The notes beneath the pieces are model-generated. The model was not told the DNA's origin. It did not search any database and saw only the letters and a program-made list of their open reading frames with translations. The translations under genes were made by a program, and so were the position numbers. A stretch of DNA of 64,000 bases. Origin: Anaerolineales bacterium. Its GTDB lineage: Bacteria > Chloroflexota > Anaerolineae > Anaerolineales > Villigracilaceae. The DNA lies in contig JAGNWT010000001.1 in NCBI GenBank assembly GCA_017985935.1, positions 32,871-96,870 on the forward strand, read 5' to 3'. This document shows, piece after piece, positions 19,332 through 27,319 of this stretch (its first letter is position 1; the number at the start of each line of letters is the position of its first letter).

Positions 19332-19389
19332 ATTGTATGGATTTTGATAGTTTTTTTGATGTGGCTTTCGTCACGTTGTCATATGACAA
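19332..19389 (-). promoter_or_regulatory. Promoter of the rrf2-sco-cba operon with a CRP-like box and palindrome
   Basis: Minus-strand -10 TACAAT (19337-19332); CGTGA-N6-CCACA at 19375-19360; perfect palindrome TTGTCATATGACAA at 19376-19389. Confidence 0.5.
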
Positions 19390-19534
19390 ATGTCTATTCT
19401 TTTAGGTCATGATGTGCGATATTTATTACATTAGTTGTCTGATTTTTTTATTCCGATCTCCACCTCCCTGTTGAAATTTGCCCGGGAGGATGGATGATAT
19501 AATCTTCAAAAATTAATCCCCTCAGAGGTAATAA

Positions 19535-20611
19535 ATGATCGACCCAATTATTTTTCAATTCAAACTTTTCAACATTCAGGTTGTCCTGCGCTGGTATGGC
19601 GTGTTAGTGATGCTTGGCGCTGTGGCGGGAGCCTGGCTTGCCGAGCGTGAGATTCGACGCAGGGGCGAAAACGGCGAGTCCATTTGGGATGCGATGGTCT
19701 GGGTTTTGCCTGTTGGCATTATCGGCGCGCGTCTATGGTATGTTGCGAACAACATTCTTGGTGGAAGTACCTACTACACAGAAGACCCTGCCAGAATATT
19801 GAACATCCCGGAAGGTGGTTTGCATTTCTTTGGCGGACTTTTGTTCGGAGCAATTGCCTTGTTCGCTTTTTTGAAAAGCAATAAGATGGATATTTGGCTC
19901 TTTCTGGATGCCATTGCCCCAGCCGTTTTCATTGGTCAGGCACTTGCGCGCCCTGCGAATTTCATAAATCAAGAACTATACGGCCAGCCGACCAAACTTC
20001 CGTGGGGAATTCCGATCGATGCTGCGCACCGCCTCGCTCAATTTGCCGACCTGAGTCAATATCCCGTGGAAACGACCCGCTTCCACCCGACCTTTGCCTA
20101 TGAGATGATCCTGAACATCCTGCTCGCCTTGTTACTTCTTTGGGTCTCGCGCCAATACGCCGAGCAGATGAAGCCCGGCGCGACCTTCTCGCTTTGGCTG
20201 GTCTTTGCCGGGCTGGCGAGAATCTTTATTGAATTCTTCCGCCCAGATCAGCCCCGCATTGGCGACTCATTCATCAGCTACACCATGCTGGTCTCTTTCT
20301 TGATGGCGCTCGCCGGTGCGATCATGCTCCTCGTCCGTTTTGGAAAACTGCAACTGGCTTTTGCAGAAGGCTGGGAGGAAAGCTACCAGATCAAACCTGC
20401 CGAAACCGAAAAAAGATCCTCCCGCACAAGATCTTCCATCTCTGATGAAACCAGCGCTCTTGAAGATGAATCAGATAATGAGGATGTTGTTGAAGAGATG
20501 ACCCCCGAACCTGTAAAGAAGAAAGCGGTCACCCGCACGAAGACAAAGCCCCCCGTAAAAAAGGAAGCGGCGAAAAAGAAGCCAGCGACCAAACGCAAGA
20601 AAGCCGAATAA
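19535..20611 (+). CDS. lgt: Prolipoprotein diacylglyceryl transferase with an acidic then Lys-rich C-terminal tail
   Basis: VLRWYG, GGLHFFGG, ARPANFINQELYG, HPTFAYE, RIFIEFFR. Confidence 0.92.
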   Translation: MIDPIIFQFKLFNIQVVLRWYGVLVMLGAVAGAWLAEREIRRRGENGESIWDAMVWVLPVGIIGARLWYVANNILGGSTYYTEDPARILNIPEGGLHFFGGLLFGAIALFAFLKSNKMDIWLFLDAIAPAVFIGQALARPANFINQELYGQPTKLPWGIPIDAAHRLAQFADLSQYPVETTRFHPTFAYEMILNILLALLLLWVSRQYAEQMKPGATFSLWLVFAGLARIFIEFFRPDQPRIGDSFISYTMLVSFLMALAGAIMLLVRFGKLQLAFAEGWEESYQIKPAETEKRSSRTRSSISDETSALEDESDNEDVVEEMTPEPVKKKAVTRTKTKPPVKKEAAKKKPATKRKKAE

Positions 20612-20647
20612 AAAAAAGAGACCTGCTAAATAGCAGGTCTCTTTTTT
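20611..20647. terminator. Bidirectional terminator between lgt and tRNA-Glu
   Basis: AAAAAAAGAGACCTGCTA-aa-TAGCAGGTCTCTTTTTT. Confidence 0.85.
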
Positions 20648-20722
20648 GGTGCCCCCACGGGGATTCGAACCCCGGTCGTGGCCTTGAAAGGGCCGCGTCC
20701 TAGGCCTCTAGACGATGGGGGC
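20647..20722 (-). tRNA. tRNA-Glu (anticodon TTC), CCA encoded
   Basis: Reverse complement folds: GCCCCCA acceptor stem, anticodon loop CTTTCAA, T loop TTCGAAT, 3' ACCA. Confidence 0.96.
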
Positions 20723-20781
20723 CTTTTTTAGAGCGGGCGAATTCTATCACCCACTTTTGAGGCAGTCAAGCAATTTTGAAG

Positions 20782-21330
20782 TTAATTTTCAGGCTGAACT
20801 CGCTGGTTAAGCAGCGCGATCAAATCGACCAGATTGCGGTTAACGAGGATCCCTGCACTTTCCACCCGCAGAGTTGGGATGAGGATGGCAGTAACCGTTG
20901 CATTAAATACCGGGATAAAGTTCCGTGTGCCATCCGTCATGATCCCGGTGAAATCAAAACGCCCGGGCAATTCGATCACACCTTCCACTTCAAAGGTGCT
21001 GGTTGTAATGCGCACCGGGTATTCGGTTACAGAAGCAAAACCTCCGCGCACAATGGCCTGAGGACCCAGATCTTCACGGCGGGGCAGGCACACCGCATGG
21101 ACACTTTTCTTCATCATCCGCACAAGTTCAAAGTGATCGACCAGTTTGGTCGGCATATACAAGCGCGCCATCTTTGAATCATTAACTTCCATGGCAGAAT
21201 GAGTGGTGTCGTTCATCATTCCCATCACACCATTATGTGTGACCATGATCTTGCCAACCACGCGATACCCCGATGTCAACACATCACAATTTAGATAACG
21301 ATAGGTTCGCGGAGATGAATCAAGGGTCAT
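20782..21330 (-). CDS. Hypothetical protein with two internally similar halves (DUF6812-like, tentative)
   Basis: 182 aa; both halves start with a (V/I)-x-T-x3-(V/I)-x-G-x-I pattern. Confidence 0.6.
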   Translation of the reverse strand: MTLDSSPRTYRYLNCDVLTSGYRVVGKIMVTHNGVMGMMNDTTHSAMEVNDSKMARLYMPTKLVDHFELVRMMKKSVHAVCLPRREDLGPQAIVRGGFASVTEYPVRITTSTFEVEGVIELPGRFDFTGIMTDGTRNFIPVFNATVTAILIPTLRVESAGILVNRNLVDLIALLNQRVQPEN

Positions 21331-21348
21331 GGGAGCTGCCTCTTTGGG

Positions 21349-21648
21349 TTAGGAATCCAGGATCGGGCGGGTGGGACCGGTACGAGGTCGCGGGGGCGGC
21401 GGAGTACGGCGGTGATTGCTCGTGGGGTGACCCGCATTCGGATCCAGGATCATATTGAGCCACGAGATCGCCTTCTCATCATATTCTCGCTTGCCGCACA
21501 CATCGCAAACCCACGCAGGAAAATGCGGTACCGTGACCAACTCGTTACCAAGCCAGGTAAAGTAGGTAACAAATCTCGGTTGAAGAATGCCGGTGTGGCA
21601 TTCATTGCACGGAAAAGAATTCACAGGGTTATTATTTTGTTCGATCAT
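21349..21648 (-). CDS. YgiT-type zinc finger protein
   Basis: CNEC...VPHFPAWVCDVCG..EY; Pro/Arg-rich tail, no HTH. Confidence 0.8.
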   Translation of the reverse strand: MIEQNNNPVNSFPCNECHTGILQPRFVTYFTWLGNELVTVPHFPAWVCDVCGKREYDEKAISWLNMILDPNAGHPTSNHRRTPPPPRPRTGPTRPILDS

Positions 21649-21657
21649 CACAATACC

Positions 21658-22275
21658 TCATTGCACCAGTAATTCCTTATGTTGGATCACTTCCCACATG
21701 GGCGGAGGCCAATAGATCACCACAGCCTTGCCCACCACATTTTCAGCGGGCAACAGCCCCCAGGAATGTGAATCGGACGAATCATTGCGGTTATCTCCCA
21801 ACACGAACAATTGACCATCAGGCACGAACCATTGTCCCGCATAAAGCGGAGCCGATGCGATGTAGGGCTCATCCAGCACTTGACCGTTCACGGTCACCTT
21901 GCCCTCACCAATGATCACCCGATCGCCAGGCAAACCGATCACCCGTTTGATCAACTCCTGGGTGGGATCCATAGGGAAGTGAAACACAATAATATCGCCG
22001 CGTTGAATATCGCCAAACCGGTAATTCAACTTGCTGACCAAAACAAACTCGCCGTCTTCCAAGGTCGGGCGCATGCTAAACCCATCCACCCGCACACGAG
22101 CCGAAACCGCATTGATCCCCAAAAAAAGAACGACCGCCAAGACAAGAGTCTCAATAATATCCAGCGCAAAACGCCCCCAATTCATACTATCTTCCATAGG
22201 CGCAGAGACCGGAGTCACAGCCTGCTGTTCTTCGGTTTGCCCTTCTGGTTGTAAAGTCTCCAAACGTGCCTCCAT
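21658..22275 (-). CDS. lepB: Signal peptidase I
   Basis: GFSMRPTL (Ser), LIKRVIG (Lys), GDNRNDSSDS. Start set at 22275 because a minus-strand TATAAT lies in the track's first codons. Confidence 0.92.
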   Translation of the reverse strand: MEARLETLQPEGQTEEQQAVTPVSAPMEDSMNWGRFALDIIETLVLAVVLFLGINAVSARVRVDGFSMRPTLEDGEFVLVSKLNYRFGDIQRGDIIVFHFPMDPTQELIKRVIGLPGDRVIIGEGKVTVNGQVLDEPYIASAPLYAGQWFVPDGQLFVLGDNRNDSSDSHSWGLLPAENVVGKAVVIYWPPPMWEVIQHKELLVQ

Positions 22276-22331
22276 ACCTTTCTTTATTTCGATGGGATTA
22301 TACATCGCTTTTTTTCGAAGTCCACTGGGTC

Positions 22332-23045
22332 TTAGGTCTTACCCCAGGCAAAATAGGTCGGCACATGCAGGGCGCGCCTCCCGGCCTTGAAGGCATCTTC
22401 ATCCAAAACCTTCATTTTTTGGATCTCACCTTCTGGAGCAATCCCTGCCAGATCAGATTCGATCACCGCCCATTCATTCTCCCGCTCTTCGGCAGAGCGC
22501 ATCACCAACCCGCCCTGAATGGGTCCTGTTTCCATCAGTTTAATCCCCGCCTGAAAAAAAGTCTCTGCCAGCATGGACCCAAATGATGGATCAGCTCCCT
22601 GCCTGCGGAGAGACTCGGTCTGCCACTCGCCCAGCGGCTTGAGCGCGGACGGCTCATCTACACGCAAGATGTAATCAGGCTCCGCAAGTGCCAGCACGCA
22701 ACGCCCCACCCGGGCCATTTCTCGCACAACCTGCAAGGGGTCTCGCACCCACAGCAAAAGAAAATGACAATAGACAATGTCGAAAGATTGGTCGGGATAT
22801 GGCAGATGATGCGCATCACCGCATAGGAGCGAAGCACCCGGAGCGTGGATTCTGCACTCGGCGAGTGAAGCAGGCTCAAGGTCCAGACCGTGAACGGCGC
22901 AAGGAATTTCGCGCAAGATCGCACCTGTACCGCATCCCACTTCAAGCACGCGGCGCGCAGAGTTCATTCCCGCCTGCTCAAAAACATAAGCCCGCAGGTC
23001 TCGGGTCCACGCCGCCTGTTGAAGATAACGGGTGTGCCAGTTCAT
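22332..23045 (-). CDS. Class I SAM-dependent methyltransferase
   Basis: VLEVGCGTG, GDAHHLPYPDQSFDIV; ATGA overlap with the upstream phosphatase. Confidence 0.85.
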   Translation of the reverse strand: MNWHTRYLQQAAWTRDLRAYVFEQAGMNSARRVLEVGCGTGAILREIPCAVHGLDLEPASLAECRIHAPGASLLCGDAHHLPYPDQSFDIVYCHFLLLWVRDPLQVVREMARVGRCVLALAEPDYILRVDEPSALKPLGEWQTESLRRQGADPSFGSMLAETFFQAGIKLMETGPIQGGLVMRSAEERENEWAVIESDLAGIAPEGEIQKMKVLDEDAFKAGRRALHVPTYFAWGKT

Positions 23046-23593
23046 CCTTCGCAAAAAATTTTGTTGTTTTTGGGTTCGTCCCACCAGTTGAGGACGAACT
23101 GCATTTGTTCTTCGGTTTCAGGGGAAGTTGAAAGATAAGGGTTGTTCGGTCTTGTTTTGTAAAGTTGATCGACCTTTTTCAACGCCTGTTCATTCGGCAT
23201 GCCGCGCCGCACAAGGTGGCAGCCGACGACCATGCCTGTGCGCCCCACCCCGCCCCAACAGTGAACGTACACACAGCCGCCATTCCTGATGGCATCATCC
23301 ATTGTGTCGAGGATGGAGGTCATCAGGTCAGAGGAAGGGACGCCGTGGTCACGGATCGCAAAGCGATGATGAGAGGCGATCACTCCATAGAGTTTTGCCT
23401 GTTCTTTGAGAATTTTTTCATACGGAGGGAGTTCATGCTCGCGCGTCAGGTTGATGAAGGTAGTGACGCCCGCTTCGAGAAAAGCGTCAATGCGGCGGCG
23501 CGTGGTTTCGGCATCGTAACTGCCGGGGTACTCACCCGCAAGAAAACGATTCTCCTCCACCCAGTAGGATTCGACGATGGGAAGTTTTTTCAT
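23042..23593 (-). CDS. Protein-tyrosine/dual-specificity phosphatase family protein
   Basis: VHCWGGVGRTG (CX5R); IRDHGVP general-acid loop. Confidence 0.88.
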   Translation of the reverse strand: MKKLPIVESYWVEENRFLAGEYPGSYDAETTRRRIDAFLEAGVTTFINLTREHELPPYEKILKEQAKLYGVIASHHRFAIRDHGVPSSDLMTSILDTMDDAIRNGGCVYVHCWGGVGRTGMVVGCHLVRRGMPNEQALKKVDQLYKTRPNNPYLSTSPETEEQMQFVLNWWDEPKNNKIFCEG

Positions 23594-23622
23594 ATTTTCA
23601 AGGATACCATAATCGAAAAAAG

Positions 23623-24678
23623 TCACTCCGCTGTGTACGAGCACACGTTCTGAATGATCTGTTGGCGCAGAGCGACCATTTCAGGGAAGTCATAAAAGAA
23701 GCGGATCTTCTGGTCAATGACGCTATCGCCTTCGGGTTTTGGCTCCAGCACAAAGTAAGTGAAGGACTCAGCCATATCCTCATGGATGTTCGAGGCGGCG
23801 TAGTCACGCACAAATTCATTTTCGTGCCGGCTGTAAAATTCATCCACGAGAGCGAAATATTCATCATCCGTATCGGCACGTACTTTCTCAACGGTATCGC
23901 GCCATTCCTCGAAGATGTCGACCCAGAAGGCTTGGTAAAAATGATTGATGTACGAATCAGGTGTCGAGCATCCGTTGGGGTCCAAATACTGTTTACAAAA
24001 AGAAGGGTTTTGCCCCCAGCCAAAATAAAAGTCGGAAGGAGGGATCTGGTCTGTGTTCAGGGTGAGCAAATGTCCAAATTCATGGACGAGAGTGTAGGTC
24101 AGGTAAACAGGTTCCTGCGCGTCGATGATATCCACCGCCAACTGCCAGCTTGAGCGGTCTGCCTCGCCGCGCGGACTGACCCACGCCAGAACATTATCCG
24201 CGTTGTCGGTGAAGATGTAATACTCGCCGATCCATTTCAGTTCATCGGGCGGAAGAAGCGCAGAGGCGTAATCCCAAACCATTTGCTGGGTTTCTAGATC
24301 CTCTTGAAAAGATTTGAATTCCTGCGGCGCGTAAAGCATCAAAGGTTCGCCCAGTTCGCCGTCCTTCACTTTGTAAGTCACCAGATTCAAGTCTGCCTCG
24401 GTGCCGGCATAATCGCCGCCAAGGGATTCGATCTGCCCGATCGAGATCGCATCCTGGATCCTGACGAGGCAGGCGTTCAGGCAGGAATCATCCACGCAAG
24501 TGATGGGATGCGGCGTTGGGCGCGGCGTGGATGTGACCTGCGTCTCTGTTTCAACGACGAGAGTTGCCTCGCTTACAAGCGGCATTTCTGTGGCTGAAGG
24601 AGGCTCGGTCGGCATCAAAGTCTGGCAGGAGATGGAGGCAAGAATCAAAACAAAAATAGCGGCGAGGATTCGTTTCAT
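23623..24678 (-). CDS. Lipoprotein with a zinc metallopeptidase motif
   Basis: Lipobox-like LASISC, Thr/Pro linker, HEFGH and distal EDMAESF. Confidence 0.75.
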   Translation of the reverse strand: MKRILAAIFVLILASISCQTLMPTEPPSATEMPLVSEATLVVETETQVTSTPRPTPHPITCVDDSCLNACLVRIQDAISIGQIESLGGDYAGTEADLNLVTYKVKDGELGEPLMLYAPQEFKSFQEDLETQQMVWDYASALLPPDELKWIGEYYIFTDNADNVLAWVSPRGEADRSSWQLAVDIIDAQEPVYLTYTLVHEFGHLLTLNTDQIPPSDFYFGWGQNPSFCKQYLDPNGCSTPDSYINHFYQAFWVDIFEEWRDTVEKVRADTDDEYFALVDEFYSRHENEFVRDYAASNIHEDMAESFTYFVLEPKPEGDSVIDQKIRFFYDFPEMVALRQQIIQNVCSYTAE

Positions 24679-24704
24679 GTGATTACCCGTCCTTGTCTTT
24701 AATC

Positions 24705-24733
24705 CAAACAGGTCGGAAGGTCTCCGACCTGTT
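24705..24733. repeat. Inverted repeat between the radical SAM operon and the peptidase gene
   Basis: AACAGGTCGGA-aggtc-TCCGACCTGTT. Confidence 0.55.
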
Positions 24734-24750
24734 CATGGATGAATAAACTT

Positions 24751-25878
24751 TTATTTGCGGATCGTTTCCCAATCGTCGCGCAGGAAGTTACCGAGAACTT
24801 TATCTGCTTCACCCTGGGCAGGGAGCACATCTCCGTCAGGCTCCACGTACATCCACGCCTTACCGGCACCCGAGGGGATTTCATCGTCAATGGTTTCAAA
24901 AGCAACGGGATTTGCAGAAGAGTACGGCACGGGCAAATCCCAGCGGATGGTGAGTTGGAGAGTGCTGGCGGTATCCTGCAGTTCGATCAGTTCATCGGTC
25001 AGGTTATGGTCGGCGGCGCTGAGAGAAATATTTTTCACGCCCACTTCTGCCAGCTTTTGCAAAATCTCCTTTGCCTGCGCGGCGTTCTCGTTGTTGAGCG
25101 TCAGATGCACGGTGAGGAAAATATCCTGCGGGACGATGGTGGCAATGGCATTCCATGCCTGCGGGTTGGCAGGCTCAAGGATGAGCATGACATGGTCCAA
25201 CCCGGTTTGCAGGAGCATCTCAAGATAGTCCTTGTCGGCAAGTTTCAAACCGTCGGTGATCAAGCCGCAGACCTGCCCGTTCTTTTCAGCGTGGTCGATC
25301 AACATGACCAGGTCTTCACGCATGGTCGGCTCGCCGCCCGTGAAGATGATATGCGGGATCCCCGCAGACCATGCCTTGTCCATGATGATGCACCACTCGT
25401 CGGTGGAGAGTTCACGGTCCACACGTTTGACGGGAGCATGGTCAGCGTTGGAGTTTTTGGGCAGGCGGTAGGTGATGGCACAGTCGAGCCGCAGAGTGGA
25501 ATCTGCCGAGTGGGGCTGAGCCCGCTCAAAGTCCAGAAAGGATGCGGGGTCCAGGTCTGGAGTGGAGATCAGCGTGTGGATCTGGTCGGTGAAGTTGGCA
25601 AAATCCGCCAGCGCGGTCTTCCGATCCACGCGATAGCGTTTGGAGATCTGTTTGGCGGCTTCTTCGGGGTCGGTGCCTTTGATGAAGTGATAGGCGTATT
25701 CGGCGGCGGTGGGATTCAATTGCATGACGGTGGACGCGTTGAGAATGAGCAAGCCGGACCCGTCAGCGTTCAGACGCAGGTGCAGGCGATAGGGCTTATC
25801 ATCTTCAGTGGATTGCATGTGATGCGTGCCCACAGGAAGCGGCGCGGATTTGGTGAACATTTGAGTCAGGAAGTTCAT
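24751..25878 (-). CDS. Radical SAM-fold paralog lacking all cluster-ligating cysteines, with an RRE/PqqD-like N-terminus
   Basis: Collinear with the 27320-28681 protein. FTGGEP is kept, but AITYRCNNDCAHC becomes AITYRLPKNSNADH and the SPASM Cys are replaced (GAGKAWMYVEPDGDVLPAQ). GGAG RBS; start 25878 (track 25992). Confidence 0.85.
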   Translation of the reverse strand: MNFLTQMFTKSAPLPVGTHHMQSTEDDKPYRLHLRLNADGSGLLILNASTVMQLNPTAAEYAYHFIKGTDPEEAAKQISKRYRVDRKTALADFANFTDQIHTLISTPDLDPASFLDFERAQPHSADSTLRLDCAITYRLPKNSNADHAPVKRVDRELSTDEWCIIMDKAWSAGIPHIIFTGGEPTMREDLVMLIDHAEKNGQVCGLITDGLKLADKDYLEMLLQTGLDHVMLILEPANPQAWNAIATIVPQDIFLTVHLTLNNENAAQAKEILQKLAEVGVKNISLSAADHNLTDELIELQDTASTLQLTIRWDLPVPYSSANPVAFETIDDEIPSGAGKAWMYVEPDGDVLPAQGEADKVLGNFLRDDWETIRK

Positions 25879-25886
25879 AGGGTCTC

Positions 25887-26894
25887 CTATTTGCTGAGTA
25901 TCGCAAGGTCTTGAACAAAGAATAGGATGATATATCCGATGAGAAGCACCACCCAGCCGATCAGTTCGGCTCTTTCCATGATGCCCTCCCACGAAAGGGA
26001 GAAATTATCTTTGACGGTCTGGACGATGCTCTCCAGATTATCTAGTTTGGCTTTTACATTTTCCTTCCAGTCCTTGAGGTAGAACTCGCTCTGGATGGCT
26101 TCGTAAAGTTTCGCGGTGTACCAATCGCCGATGAGCAGCAGGTTCTGTTCGGCGCGTTCAAAGTCCAGCATGACCTCAAGCTTGTGTTCGGCGATCTGGC
26201 GGATGACGCCGCGTGTGGCGCGTGGTCTGCGTTTGTTCTTGAAAAAAGTTTCGCTGATCTTATCCAGCATGGTGTCGATGGATTGATCGAGCATGCGGTA
26301 GCGCAACAACTGGTAATTGCCGATCTTAAGCAGGGCAATGTCGGATTGATAATCGTCGTTGGGCGCGATGATGACCGCGCCTTCCCAATCGACAAGTGTG
26401 AGTTCCTCGGCGGAGTAGCGGGTGCGCGAGATGAGAATGTCGTCGATCTCGCTTTTGTCGAACACTTCACGCTGCGAACGGATGAACTTGGTGAGGGCAA
26501 GCGCGTTCTTCTCGATCCATTTATCGGGCGTGGGTTTTGCCTCCTGCACCAGCAGAACGGTGTACTGTTCGAACAGTCCGTTCTGGCGGTATTGGGTCGG
26601 GATGAATTTGCTCTCCAGCGCAGCCTGGATCTTTGCCCGCTCCTGCAGAACCGATGCGGCGAATGGATTCTTTAACTCGAAGTGACATTCCACCAACTGC
26701 ACACGACCATCATAACGCTGACGCATGACCAGCACCGCATGCCCTTCAATGAGGACGGTCTCTTCGCCAAGCGGGACAATGTCGATATCAATAGGCTGGA
26801 AGTATGGCGCATCCTTTAGTCCCTTAAATGGGTCAGGGACGGGGGCTGTGCCGTCGTCAGTGTCGGGGAAGGCGATGAGGTAGCAGATTTCCAT
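25887..26894 (-). CDS. Hypothetical membrane protein, RMD1/DUF155-like (tentative)
   Basis: VDWEGA..NYQLLRYRMLD..IGDWYTAKLY..FYLKDWKENVKAKL pattern plus C-terminal TM helix; start 26894 (track 27056 overlaps the PAS gene). Confidence 0.65.
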   Translation of the reverse strand: MEICYLIAFPDTDDGTAPVPDPFKGLKDAPYFQPIDIDIVPLGEETVLIEGHAVLVMRQRYDGRVQLVECHFELKNPFAASVLQERAKIQAALESKFIPTQYRQNGLFEQYTVLLVQEAKPTPDKWIEKNALALTKFIRSQREVFDKSEIDDILISRTRYSAEELTLVDWEGAVIIAPNDDYQSDIALLKIGNYQLLRYRMLDQSIDTMLDKISETFFKNKRRPRATRGVIRQIAEHKLEVMLDFERAEQNLLLIGDWYTAKLYEAIQSEFYLKDWKENVKAKLDNLESIVQTVKDNFSLSWEGIMERAELIGWVVLLIGYIILFFVQDLAILSK

Positions 26895-26931
26895 AGGAGT
26901 GGGGTAAGAAGTAAAGTTAAGCAAGAAGTGA

Positions 26932-27273
26932 TCAGGCACGGATAAAGTGCGGAAGTTCAAGCGGGATCTCCAATGAGAGTTCCACAAAGCCCGCGTAGCT
27001 GCCGTCTTTGTACCACGGCGATTGATAAATGAGCTTTTTGACTCCGTTCTTTTCAATAGTGTACACGTTCTTCTGGTGCGCGGCGAGCAATCTTTCGACC
27101 TTGTTACGGGCAGGGTCAGGGTGACAGTCTAACATGTTCGAGCCAACCAGTTTATAGCCACCGTCCTTTTCAAAGGTCCTGGCGGCTTTGTCGTTCATTT
27201 CAAGGATGATGCCTTCCTCGTCACAGACGGTGATGGCGGCGGGAAATTCTTTGATCCATTCGTGGTCAGACAT
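26932..27273 (-). CDS. Stand-alone PAS domain protein
   Basis: ITVCDEEGIILEMN..A, G-x-N-x-x-DCHP PAS pattern; 113 aa; GGAG RBS. Confidence 0.8.
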   Translation of the reverse strand: MSDHEWIKEFPAAITVCDEEGIILEMNDKAARTFEKDGGYKLVGSNMLDCHPDPARNKVERLLAAHQKNVYTIEKNGVKKLIYQSPWYKDGSYAGFVELSLEIPLELPHFIRA

Positions 27274-27319
27274 GAGATCTCCAGATCAGGTTACAAGCGG
27301 GCAGGCTGACAGTTAAAGG

